A DNA stretch of 64,000 nucleotides from Minisyncoccia bacterium (lineage in GTDB: Bacteria > Patescibacteriota > Minisyncoccia > UBA6257 > 2-01-FULL-56-20): contig JBEKRC010000002.1 in NCBI GenBank assembly GCA_049997875.1, forward strand, positions 2,755 through 66,754. Direction: 5' to 3'. This document shows, piece by piece, positions 37,147 to 46,488 of this stretch. Below the pieces are notes generated by a model. The model ran no database searches. It was not told the DNA's origin and saw only the letters and a program-made list of their open reading frames with translations. Position numbers and translations under genes: made by a program. The first letter of the stretch is position 1, and each line of letters starts with the position of its first letter.

Positions 37147-38922
37147 ATGCCCGCCCTGACCCGCACGTGTCAAAACTGCAAATCCTCGTTCGCGATTGAG
37201 TCCGAGGATTTTGATTTCTATAAAAGAATAGCCGTCCCGCCGCCGACCTTCTGCCCGACGTGTCAGATACAGCGGCGGTTCTGCTTCAGGAATGAGCGGT
37301 CGTTCTATAAACGCAAAGAATCGTTGCGAGGGGAAGAGATTATTTCTTCCGTCTCTGCCGAAAAACCTTATAAGGTCTATGCGCAAAAAGATTGGTGGAG
37401 CGATGCGTGGGATCCGATGGTATATGGGCGGGAATATGATTTCAAAAAGCCGTTCTCGGCGCAATTCCGGGAATTGATGCGGGAGGTCCCGTGGCCAGCG
37501 CTCACGAACTGGAACGCAACGAACAGCGAGTATTGCAATTACACCACAGATAACAAAAACTGTTATCTTCTGATCGGTTCCGATTTCAACGAGGACTGCT
37601 CGTACGGTTACATGAACTTTCACTCCAAAGACAGCCTCGACCAACACTGGGTGGAGAAAGTTGAACTATCGTACGAGTGCATTGACGTGAATAATTGCTT
37701 TAAAGTGAGCTTTTGCCAAAACATACGTGACTGTACGGAATCGGTGTTTCTGTTTGATTGTACGAATTGTCATCATTGCGTGGGATGCGTGGGGCTTCGC
37801 AACAAGTCACATCACATTTTTAATGAGCCGTACGCGAGAGAGGAATTTGAAAAGAAATTCGCAGAACTTCGCCTTTCCACCCGTTCGGGCCTGGAAAAAA
37901 CCGGGAAAATATTCGCCGGCCTTAGATCAAAGTTCCCCCACAAATTTGCGGACATTTATAAATCGGTGAATTGCACGGGCGACAAAATACAGAACTCAAA
38001 GAACTGCCATGCGTGTTTTGACCTCCTGAACGAAGTGGAGGATTCAAAGAACGTGATCATTTCGGCGGTTTGCAAGGATGTGCATTGTGCGGATCATGTC
38101 GGGTGGGGAGGGGAACTTGTCTACGATTCAATCGTAGTGTTCTCCGGCGTAAAAAATGTCAGATTCTCGGCATTCATAAGGTCCTCTCAGGATATAACCT
38201 ATTCCATTTCATGTTCTTCCTCTTCCGATCTGTTCGGCTGTGTCGGGCTGAAGAATAAGCAGTATTGCATCCTGAACAAGCAATATTCCAAGGAGGCCTA
38301 TGGAACGCTCGTATCAAAGATCTTGAAGCATATGGATGAAATGCCCTATGTGGATTCCAACGGAGCGGTATATCGATTTGGGGAATTTTTTCCACCCGAA
38401 CTGTCACCCTTTGCTTACAACGAATCCATCGCCCAAGAATATTTTCCGCTCACAAAAAGCGAAGTGATGCGGCACAAGCTCGCCTGGCGGGAGGACGATG
38501 AAAAGCAGCACCATGTTTCCAAGATGGTGGAGGAACTTCCCGATGGCATCGCGGAAGTAACAGACGCGATTTTGGACGATATTATTGAGTGTGCGCACAA
38601 AGGGCAATGTGCGGACCAATGCACATCGGCTTTCCGGATCATTCCATCCGAGCTGCAGTTCCATAAGAGGTTGAATTTGCCTCTGTCCCGTCTTTGCCCG
38701 AATTGCCGATATTATGAACGGTTGCGGATGAGGAACCCAATGAAACTTTGGCATCGTGCCTGTGCATGCACGGGGACAGTTTCCTCAAATGGAGCATACG
38801 AGAACACGGTGTCGCATCAGCACGGGTCAAACAAGTGCCCCAATGAATTTGAAACCTCCTATGCCCCCGAGCGCTCCGAGATCGTTTACTGCGAGCAGTG
38901 CTATCAGGCGGAGGTCGCTTGA
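37147..38922 (+). CDS. Cys-rich zinc-ribbon/solenoid protein, paralog 1
   Basis: CQNC..F..E.FY..PPTFCPTC; two CxGCVGLxNK-type blocks; GEFFPPELSPFAYNES; C-terminal IVYCEQCY. Confidence 0.88.
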   Translation: MPALTRTCQNCKSSFAIESEDFDFYKRIAVPPPTFCPTCQIQRRFCFRNERSFYKRKESLRGEEIISSVSAEKPYKVYAQKDWWSDAWDPMVYGREYDFKKPFSAQFRELMREVPWPALTNWNATNSEYCNYTTDNKNCYLLIGSDFNEDCSYGYMNFHSKDSLDQHWVEKVELSYECIDVNNCFKVSFCQNIRDCTESVFLFDCTNCHHCVGCVGLRNKSHHIFNEPYAREEFEKKFAELRLSTRSGLEKTGKIFAGLRSKFPHKFADIYKSVNCTGDKIQNSKNCHACFDLLNEVEDSKNVIISAVCKDVHCADHVGWGGELVYDSIVVFSGVKNVRFSAFIRSSQDITYSISCSSSSDLFGCVGLKNKQYCILNKQYSKEAYGTLVSKILKHMDEMPYVDSNGAVYRFGEFFPPELSPFAYNESIAQEYFPLTKSEVMRHKLAWREDDEKQHHVSKMVEELPDGIAEVTDAILDDIIECAHKGQCADQCTSAFRIIPSELQFHKRLNLPLSRLCPNCRYYERLRMRNPMKLWHRACACTGTVSSNGAYENTVSHQHGSNKCPNEFETSYAPERSEIVYCEQCYQAEVA

Positions 38923-38960
38923 AGTAGGCGGGGCCACATTAAAAAATCATTAAAAACTAT

Positions 38961-38988
38961 TTGACGTAGGATGCGGCGTTGCTATAAT
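38961..38988 (+). promoter_or_regulatory. Strong sigma70 promoter firing antisense into the pemK 3' end
   Basis: TTGACG-N16-TATAAT with extended TG; AT-rich upstream ATTAAAAACTAT. Confidence 0.65.
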
Positions 38989-38994
38989 TAAGGA

Positions 38995-39052
38995 AATCTT
39001 TGGGATTACCCACCGATCCCCGCCCCTTCACGGGGCGGGGTGACGATTTTTT
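38995..39052 (+). ncRNA. Candidate short antisense RNA (about 55-60 nt)
   Basis: Follows the promoter; perfect stem CCCCGCCCC-TTCAC-GGGGCGGGG (39018-39040), then T6 at 39047-39052; complementary to the last codons of the toxin gene. Confidence 0.3.
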
Positions 39053-39449
39053 GAGGATCATAAAATATAAGAAAAGCATCAATTATCTTTTGAAAGTTGC
39101 CCATGCTCAGCATGCCGACTTTTTGCGTAAGGCGTTTTGCGTCAAAAATTCTGATCTGACTGAGGATTGCCATACGTTTCTTCTCGCCATGTTGTATAGG
39201 AACATACCAGCTGCCAGTTTTTTGTTGTGTGGTGAGCGGAATTCCAAGAAAGGAATTGGCACTGAATTTTTTGAATACGAGAACCGGGCGCGTAAACCGC
39301 TTTCCCTTGCCGTAGATTTCTACGCCGATGTTCATGCCAATGCTGCACCACCAGATTTCTCCCTCCTTGAAGAGTTTTTGTGATGACAGGGTTTGTAATA
39401 TCACCGTCCTATGCCACCAGCCGAGAAGTGCGAGAAAATATTGTAGCAT
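39006..39449 (-). CDS. PemK/MazF-family endoribonuclease toxin (orphan)
   Basis: KEGEIWWCSIGMNIGVEIYGKG..FTRPVLV, GIPLTT, AILSQIRIFDAKRL. Confidence 0.85.
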   Translation of the reverse strand: MLQYFLALLGWWHRTVILQTLSSQKLFKEGEIWWCSIGMNIGVEIYGKGKRFTRPVLVFKKFSANSFLGIPLTTQQKTGSWYVPIQHGEKKRMAILSQIRIFDAKRLTQKVGMLSMGNFQKIIDAFLIFYDPQKIVTPPREGAGIGG

Positions 39450-39521
39450 CTCGCCACCTTACCACACCGCCCATTAAAACTTTGTTAAATTTCCGACCTA
39501 CGAGCGTGTTATACTGTCTAT

Positions 39522-41300
39522 GTGGTGAACGAGACCAGAATTTGTCAGAACTGCAAACAGCGGTTTGCGATTGAATCGGGGGACTCCGCGTTTTACGAGA
39601 AGATGCAGGTGCCGCCGCCGACGTTTTGCCCGGACTGCCGGTTGCAACGGCGGATGGCGTTCCGCAATGAACGCACGCTCTACAAGCGGAAGTGTGAAGC
39701 CCCCGGGCACTCGGAGGAGGTAATCTCTGTCTTTTCGGCGGACAATCCGCAGCGGGTGTACGACCAGGAGGCGTGGTGGAGCGATTCCTGGGATCCCATG
39801 GCCTACGGGCGGGAACCCGATTTTGTGAAGCCGCTCATTCCGCAGATCATGGATTTATGGAAAGAGGTGCCGGACATCGCCCTCATGAACAACAACTGCG
39901 TGAACAGCGAGTATTGCAGCATCACCGAGGAGAACAAGAACTGCTATCTCGTGATCGGAGGGGATTTCAACGAAAACTCCTCTTATTCCTCGTTTATTTT
40001 CCACTGCAAGGAGACGCTTGATTGCCACTGGGTTTCCAAGAGCGAATTTTGTTACGAGAGCCTTGACTGCATCTCCTGCTCGCGGCTTTTCTTCAGCCAA
40101 TTCTGCGAAGGATGCTACGAGAGTGCGTTCCTCTTCAATTGCAAAAACTGCCACGATTGCTTCGGATGCACCAATTTGAACAACAAATCATACTGCATCT
40201 GGAACGTTCAGTATTCAAAAGAAGATTACGAAACTAAGATAAAGGAATTTGATCTGGGGAGTTCCGCCGCCATTTTCCAATTCAGGGAAAGAGCGAAAAA
40301 GGAGCAGCTTTTATATCCTCGGCGATTTGCGCGCGTGCTCCGGTCGGTCAATGCTACCGGCGACAATATTGAAGGCGGAAAAAACTGCAAGCGATCGTTT
40401 GAAATTTTTGATGGAGCCGAAGATTGCGCCTATCTATGGCTCATCTATTCGAAGGTGCGGGATTGTTACGACACCGATCATTCCGGCTTGAGCTCCGAAT
40501 TGTGCTGCGATTCGTCAACCATATATCCGGGGAGCCGCATTCTTTTCTCACGTTTCATCCGTTCCTGCAAGGATACGTATTACAGCTATAACTGCCACAA
40601 CTGCTCGGATATTTTTGGCTGCGTCGGACTTCGGAATAAAAAATACTGCGTTCTCAATAAACAATATTCGGAGAAGGAATATAGAACGCTGGTGCCAAAA
40701 CTCGTCGCACACATGAACAGCGCGCCGTACATCGATACCAAGGGAAGAATCTATAAATACGGCGAATTTTTCCCCGTTGAACTTTCGCCCTTTGCCTATA
40801 ACGAAACGGTTTCCCAAGAGCTTTTCCCGTTGACCAAGGGAGAAGCTGCAGCGCGCGGATATCAATGGCGCGAGCCAGAGAAAAGAGACCGCGATATAGC
40901 CAATGCGGTTTCCGGCGTGCCAGATCATATTAAAGATACCGACGATTCTATTCTTTCAAAGATCATAAAATGTGCTCATGCTGATTCCCATTGCTCGCAT
41001 CAATGCACGAAAGCATTCCGGCCGATCGCATCAGAACTTCAATTTTACAAACATGTAAAAATCGCCTTCCCTCGGTTATGTCCCAACTGCCGCCACTATG
41101 AGCGGATCGTAAAGAGGAACCCATTGAAGCTTTGGCATAGGAAGTGCATGTGTGGGGGAACACAATCAAAAAACTATGCAAACGCAGCGCCGCATTTTCA
41201 CAAGAACAATCCGTGCGGAAACGAATTTGAGACGACCTATGCCCCCGACCGGCCGGAGATCGTCTACTGCGAGCAATGTTACCAGGCAGAGGTCGTATAA
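39522..41300 (+). CDS. Cys-rich zinc-ribbon/solenoid protein, paralog 2
   Basis: Same architecture as paralog 1; TATACT 6 nt before GTG. Confidence 0.88.
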   Translation: MVNETRICQNCKQRFAIESGDSAFYEKMQVPPPTFCPDCRLQRRMAFRNERTLYKRKCEAPGHSEEVISVFSADNPQRVYDQEAWWSDSWDPMAYGREPDFVKPLIPQIMDLWKEVPDIALMNNNCVNSEYCSITEENKNCYLVIGGDFNENSSYSSFIFHCKETLDCHWVSKSEFCYESLDCISCSRLFFSQFCEGCYESAFLFNCKNCHDCFGCTNLNNKSYCIWNVQYSKEDYETKIKEFDLGSSAAIFQFRERAKKEQLLYPRRFARVLRSVNATGDNIEGGKNCKRSFEIFDGAEDCAYLWLIYSKVRDCYDTDHSGLSSELCCDSSTIYPGSRILFSRFIRSCKDTYYSYNCHNCSDIFGCVGLRNKKYCVLNKQYSEKEYRTLVPKLVAHMNSAPYIDTKGRIYKYGEFFPVELSPFAYNETVSQELFPLTKGEAAARGYQWREPEKRDRDIANAVSGVPDHIKDTDDSILSKIIKCAHADSHCSHQCTKAFRPIASELQFYKHVKIAFPRLCPNCRHYERIVKRNPLKLWHRKCMCGGTQSKNYANAAPHFHKNNPCGNEFETTYAPDRPEIVYCEQCYQAEVV

Positions 41301-41307
41301 TTGAAGC

Positions 41308-42954
41308 ATGACGGCCACGTGCACCTCGTGCGGCAAGGAGATTCAAGGAGTCGCGGAAGACACCGCATTTCTTGAGAGATTCGGCGTCTCGCATCCCGGG
41401 GAATGCGCGTTTTGCCTATGGCGACGACTGCTTGCGTTCTGGGTCTTCGGCAAATTCAGAAAGACGAAGTCCGCGCTCTCCGGCAAGACGATCATCACCA
41501 CGTTCGGAGAGGAGGTAAAATTCCCGCTCTACGACCGTACCGAATGGGTTTCGGATGCGTGGGACCCGCTCGCCTACGGGCAGGAATACGATCCAAGTCG
41601 TTCGTTCTTTGCGCAATTCAAAGAACTGCAGGATCGCGTGCCGCACCCGCAGCAATCAGGAACGAACAATCTTCGCTCCGATTGGTGCGACGACGTGTGG
41701 AGTTCAAAGGATTGTTATCTCATCCGATCGCTCCTGGGGTGCGAGAATTTGTATTACGGCTACCGTGACCTCCGCTGCAAGAACTCCGTTGACCTTGTTT
41801 TCTGCTTTGACGTGGAATCGTCGTATGACTGCGCGTACTGTTTCAAGGATTACAAAGTGCGGCATGCCTTTGATGCGCGGGACAGCATGGAAAGCGCATT
41901 CCTCTACGATTGTCGGAATGTGCAGAATTGCTTTATGTGCTGGAACCTTCGCAACAAGCGGTATCACATCTTGAACAAGCCCTACTCAAAAGAGGCGTAT
42001 TTTGAGGAATTGAAGAAATACGATCTGCGTTCGCGGAAAAGCGTTGATGCGTTGAAAACGGAGTTCGCGCAGATCCTCGCAAAAGAAGCAGTCCATCGGG
42101 TGAATTACAACGTGAAAACGGTCAGTTCCCTCGGCAATTTCCTTGAAGAATGCAAGAACTGTTATGATTGCTATTTCATCCAATTTGCCGAGAACAACCG
42201 GCACATGTTCCGCGGGCTCTACATGAAGGACTCCATCTATGGCGTTGGTACGATCGTAGAAAAAGGTTTGTATTCGGTCGTGGACAATGAGTGCTACGAC
42301 ACCATCGCCACCATGCATTGCGACAAATGCCGCTATTCCGCCTATTTGGATTTCTGCGAAGAATGCGAGTATTGCTTCGGGTGCGTGAGTTTGCGGAAGA
42401 AGAAATATTGCATTTTGAACAAGCAGTACTCCGAAGCGGAGTATCGCGCGTTATTACCGAAGATAAAAGAATCGATGGTGAAAATAGGGGAGTGGGGCAA
42501 ATTTTTCCCCTATGCTATGGCGTACGGCGGCTATAATTTTTCCCACGCGAACGCCTTCTTTCCCTCTATGAAGAAAGAGGTTGAAAAGATAGGCGGGATT
42601 TGGGAAGAGGTGCGCGAAACTGCAGCCGCCGACGGCATCTCGGGCAGCGCATTGCCCGATCGCATTGACGACGTATCGGACGATATGCCGCAGAAGCAGA
42701 TCATTTGTCCCAGAACCGGTTGGCGATTCAATATCGCTCCCGGTGAACTCGCGTTCTACAAGTCACACGGTATTCCACTGCCGCAATATCATTTTGATGT
42801 CCGCATTCTGGAGCTTTTCAAACCACTCACATGGATACGGCCGTTCGTCGCGAACTGCGTTTTCTGCAAGAAAGAAACCACACACTATTATCCACCCGAA
42901 GCCGGATATCAAAAGATAGCATGTGAGGATTGCTATATTAAGGAGGTATCATAA
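41308..42954 (+). CDS. Cys-rich zinc-ribbon/solenoid protein, paralog 3 (most divergent)
   Basis: CTSC..CAFC, SDAWDP, CFMCWNLRNK, CFGCVSLRKK, C-terminal CVFC..CEDC. Confidence 0.87.
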   Translation: MTATCTSCGKEIQGVAEDTAFLERFGVSHPGECAFCLWRRLLAFWVFGKFRKTKSALSGKTIITTFGEEVKFPLYDRTEWVSDAWDPLAYGQEYDPSRSFFAQFKELQDRVPHPQQSGTNNLRSDWCDDVWSSKDCYLIRSLLGCENLYYGYRDLRCKNSVDLVFCFDVESSYDCAYCFKDYKVRHAFDARDSMESAFLYDCRNVQNCFMCWNLRNKRYHILNKPYSKEAYFEELKKYDLRSRKSVDALKTEFAQILAKEAVHRVNYNVKTVSSLGNFLEECKNCYDCYFIQFAENNRHMFRGLYMKDSIYGVGTIVEKGLYSVVDNECYDTIATMHCDKCRYSAYLDFCEECEYCFGCVSLRKKKYCILNKQYSEAEYRALLPKIKESMVKIGEWGKFFPYAMAYGGYNFSHANAFFPSMKKEVEKIGGIWEEVRETAAADGISGSALPDRIDDVSDDMPQKQIICPRTGWRFNIAPGELAFYKSHGIPLPQYHFDVRILELFKPLTWIRPFVANCVFCKKETTHYYPPEAGYQKIACEDCYIKEVS

Positions 42955-42959
42955 AGGCA

Positions 42960-44666
42960 ATGAACGCGGAAACCAGAGCCTGCCAAAACTGCAAACAGCA
43001 ATTCGCCGTTGATCCGGAGGATTTCCAGTTCTACGGGAAGGTTAATGTTCCGCCGCCGACCTTTTGCCCGGACTGCCGTTTTGAGCGGCGGCTTTTGTTT
43101 TGGAACGCGATCAATCTTTATAAACGACCCTGCGATTTATGCAAGAGATTCAACGTTTCGGTGTACGCGCCCGACGCCCCCTACACCGTGTACTGTCCCT
43201 TGTGCTGGTGGAGCGACAAGTGGGATCCGCTCACGTACGGACGGGAGTACGATTTCAGACGTCCCTTTTTTGAACAGCTCAACGAGCTGTGGCACGCGGC
43301 GCCGTTGTGCGGCTTGTCCATGGATCTTCCTTCAGCGAGATCCTCGCCGTATAACCACGACGCTGGCTATCTGAAAAATTGCTATTTTCTTTTTCACGCC
43401 GATACGTGCGAGGATTGCGCCTACGGCTATTTCTTGGGCAAATGCCGGATGCTTTTTGATTGCACGGCCATATTGCAGAGCGAATATGGATACGATGCTA
43501 TGCACTCATACAAGACAAATAGGTGCATCGGATCGCGGGACCAGCTCTCGGAGTCGTTGGAGTGTCTCTTCTGCCGCGATTGTCAGGGCTGCCAGAATTG
43601 TTTCGCCTCCGCGAACCTGAAGGGCCAGAAATATTACGCGTGGAACAAACCGCTTTCCAAACAAGAATATCTTGCGGAAATCGGTAAGTATGATTTGGGA
43701 TCCTACCGCGTTTACCGATCGCTCCAAGAAAAAGCGGCAGAGCACTGGAAAACGCAAATTCCGAAATCGGAATACAACGAATTCGTGAAAAATTGCACCG
43801 GCTCAAACGTGTTCTTTTCAAAAAACGCCAAGGATTGCATTGAGGTATCCGAGGTGGAAGATGGCCGGTATTGCTATCGCATGTTCGAGCCGACCAATAA
43901 GGATTGCTACGATATTTCCATGTGGGGCAATAACCTTTCGCTGTCGTACGACAGCTGCGTGGTGGGGGAGAATTCCACGCAGCTCCGGTTTACCCACGAA
44001 TCCGGCCTCAATCTTACCGATGCGGAATATTGCCGATTGTCCACGGGCGGCTCCCACCACTTCGGTTGCGTTTCGATCAAAAAAGGGGAATACCGGATTT
44101 TCAACAAGGTGTATTCCGCGAAAGAGTACGACGAACTTACAAAAAGGATTCGGAAACACATGGATGACATGCCATATACGGATGCGCGGGGCAATGTCTA
44201 TCGCTATGGCGAATTTTTTCCGCCGGAAATGTCGCCTTTTGCGTATAATGAAACGCTGGCACAGAATTTCTTTCCGCTCACGAGGGAGCAAGTCGCCGCG
44301 AAGAAATACGCATGGCGAGATCTTGAGGTAAAAGATATGGAAGCGACCATATCGGCTGCCGACCTCCCCGATCACACGAAAGATGTTACTGATGGAATTC
44401 TCAAGGAAATCATAAAATGTGCAACCTGCAGCCGCTCCTATCGGATCATAGAAATGGAACTGGCATTCCTTCGGCAGATGAATCTGCCTTTGCCGCGCCG
44501 TTGCCCCTTCTGCCGGATAAACGAGAAGTTGAATATCTGGGTGAAGACCAATGAACGCAACCGGCGCGTATGTGCGGAGTGCGGCGCCGCCATGGAGTCA
44601 AAGTATCGGGAAGACGAAGCGCCGGCGGTATATTGCCGGAAGTGTTATTTGCAAAAGATAATGTAG
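42960..44666 (+). CDS. Cys-rich zinc-ribbon/solenoid protein, paralog 4
   Basis: Intact CDLC-x17-CPLC and CAEC-x17-CRKC ribbons; GEFFPPEMSPFAYNET. Confidence 0.88.
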   Translation: MNAETRACQNCKQQFAVDPEDFQFYGKVNVPPPTFCPDCRFERRLLFWNAINLYKRPCDLCKRFNVSVYAPDAPYTVYCPLCWWSDKWDPLTYGREYDFRRPFFEQLNELWHAAPLCGLSMDLPSARSSPYNHDAGYLKNCYFLFHADTCEDCAYGYFLGKCRMLFDCTAILQSEYGYDAMHSYKTNRCIGSRDQLSESLECLFCRDCQGCQNCFASANLKGQKYYAWNKPLSKQEYLAEIGKYDLGSYRVYRSLQEKAAEHWKTQIPKSEYNEFVKNCTGSNVFFSKNAKDCIEVSEVEDGRYCYRMFEPTNKDCYDISMWGNNLSLSYDSCVVGENSTQLRFTHESGLNLTDAEYCRLSTGGSHHFGCVSIKKGEYRIFNKVYSAKEYDELTKRIRKHMDDMPYTDARGNVYRYGEFFPPEMSPFAYNETLAQNFFPLTREQVAAKKYAWRDLEVKDMEATISAADLPDHTKDVTDGILKEIIKCATCSRSYRIIEMELAFLRQMNLPLPRRCPFCRINEKLNIWVKTNERNRRVCAECGAAMESKYREDEAPAVYCRKCYLQKIM

Positions 44667-44756
44667 AATTTTTTAATGTTTCTTGTCGGTTTTAAGGGGC
44701 TATCCTTTCTATTGCTTGGTTGCCTGGCAAAAGGAGTAAAATGGAGGGGTAAGGGC

Positions 44757-46481
44757 ATGGTTGCCGAGGCCAAAACCTGTGGGGCGTGCAAGGGGGAGTT
44801 CGCGCTTGAACCGGAGGATCTTGCATTCTACGGGAAGTTCGGCGTGCAGGCGCCGAAGATGTGCCCGCGGTGCCGCGCGCAGCGGAGGATGGCGTTCCGA
44901 AACGAGCGGGTGTTCTACAAACGAAAATGTGATAAGTGCGGGCGCGAGGTGGTTTCCATGTACAGTCCGAACAAACCGTACATAGTGTATTGTTACGAAT
45001 GCTGGTTCGCAGACGATTGGGATGCATTGAGCTACGGGACGGAGTACGATCCCGCGCGGCCGTTCATGGAACAGTTCCGCGAACTTTGGGAAAAGGTGCC
45101 GAAGGTGGCGCTCGTCTACATGCGGAGCGTGCGTTCGGAATACGTGAACATCTCGGCGGACAACAAGGATTGCTATATGCTTGTGGAGTCATCCAACAAC
45201 GAGGGATGTGTCCATTGTTATTGGATCCAGCAGTGCCGCGATCTCGTGGATGTTTCGTTCTCGCACCAGACGGAGCTTTCGTATGAATGCGACGATTGCT
45301 TCAATTGTTACGGACTGCAATATTCAAAAGGATGCCACGATTGCCGCAATAGTTATTTCTTGTTTGATTGCGTGGGATGCTCGGACTGCATCGGTTGCGC
45401 GAACCTCCGCAGCAAGCAGTACCATATTTGGAACGAGCCGCATTCCAAAGAGGAATACGAAGAGTTCCTCGCGGAGATGAAACTTGATACGCACGCCGGG
45501 GTTGAAGCGACGCACAGAAAGTTTGAGGAATTCTTGAACGCCCAGCCGCACAAATTCGCGGAGATCCTGAACGCGCCGGGCTGCACGGGGAATTACATCA
45601 AGAATGCCAAGAACTGCCGGCAGGTCTTCCATTGCTACGACGCGGAGGATGCGAAATACGGCATCCATGTGTGGCGCGACGCAAAGGACTGCATGGATGT
45701 GGATACGGCGGGCCGCGGTGCTCGTCTGATCTACAACTCCATCAATTCGGGCATTGAGGTTTCAAACTATATCGCCTGTGCGCAGTGCTGGACGTGTTCG
45801 TTCATGCAATATTCTTATTCCTGTTTCAATTGCAATCACTGTTTCGGTTGCGCGGGACTCCGGAAAAAGGACCGCTGCGTTCTGAATCGCGAATACGATA
45901 AGGCGTCGTACGAGCGGCTGCGCAGCGCCATCGTCGCCGAAATGAAGTCAAAAGGGGAATACGGCGAATTCTTTCCGGTCGCGATCAATACGTTCGGCTA
46001 CAACGAGAGCGCAGCACAGGAACAGTTCCCGCTCACGAAGGCGGAAGCGCTCGCGCAGGGATACAAATGGGAGGACGCCCATCGCGGAACCTTTGGGAAG
46101 GGAACCATCACGTGGGACAAGGTTCCCGATCACTATGACGGCTTTGATCCCACGCGGCATGTCTTTACGTGTGCGAATTGCAAACGGAATTATCTCATAA
46201 TCCCAAACGAAGCAATGTTCTATAAGAAGCTTGCGATCCCCGTGCCGCGCCTGTGTCCCGATTGCCGCCACACGCGCCGCTTCGCCGCCCGCGGGCCGAA
46301 CCGCGTTTCACGACAGCACTGCGAATGCGCGGGCGCGTCATCGGCCAACAAACGGTACCGCAACACGCGAGCTCATGCCCACGCGGACGCTCCATGCCCC
46401 AACGAATTTTGGACGAGCTATGCTGCGAACGACGAGCGGATCGTCTACTGCGAAGAGTGCTATAACGCAGAGGTGGCGTAG
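44757..46481 (+). CDS. Cys-rich zinc-ribbon/solenoid protein, paralog 5
   Basis: CGAC..CPRC, CDKC-x17-CYEC, CIGCANLRSK, CFGCAGLRKK, IVYCEECY. Confidence 0.88.
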   Translation: MVAEAKTCGACKGEFALEPEDLAFYGKFGVQAPKMCPRCRAQRRMAFRNERVFYKRKCDKCGREVVSMYSPNKPYIVYCYECWFADDWDALSYGTEYDPARPFMEQFRELWEKVPKVALVYMRSVRSEYVNISADNKDCYMLVESSNNEGCVHCYWIQQCRDLVDVSFSHQTELSYECDDCFNCYGLQYSKGCHDCRNSYFLFDCVGCSDCIGCANLRSKQYHIWNEPHSKEEYEEFLAEMKLDTHAGVEATHRKFEEFLNAQPHKFAEILNAPGCTGNYIKNAKNCRQVFHCYDAEDAKYGIHVWRDAKDCMDVDTAGRGARLIYNSINSGIEVSNYIACAQCWTCSFMQYSYSCFNCNHCFGCAGLRKKDRCVLNREYDKASYERLRSAIVAEMKSKGEYGEFFPVAINTFGYNESAAQEQFPLTKAEALAQGYKWEDAHRGTFGKGTITWDKVPDHYDGFDPTRHVFTCANCKRNYLIIPNEAMFYKKLAIPVPRLCPDCRHTRRFAARGPNRVSRQHCECAGASSANKRYRNTRAHAHADAPCPNEFWTSYAANDERIVYCEECYNAEVA

Positions 46482-46488
46482 CGAAGAC

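Noticed and set aside
39000-39383. + strand 127-aa ORF as a protein antitoxin
   Set aside because: Entirely antisense to pemK, TTG start, and no AbrB/RHH features.
46231-46488. Extended start of paralog 6 (likewise 44676 for paralog 5 and 5275 for frr)
   Set aside because: The extensions overlap upstream genes or intergenic DNA; paralog and family alignment supports starts at 46489, 44757 and 5638.
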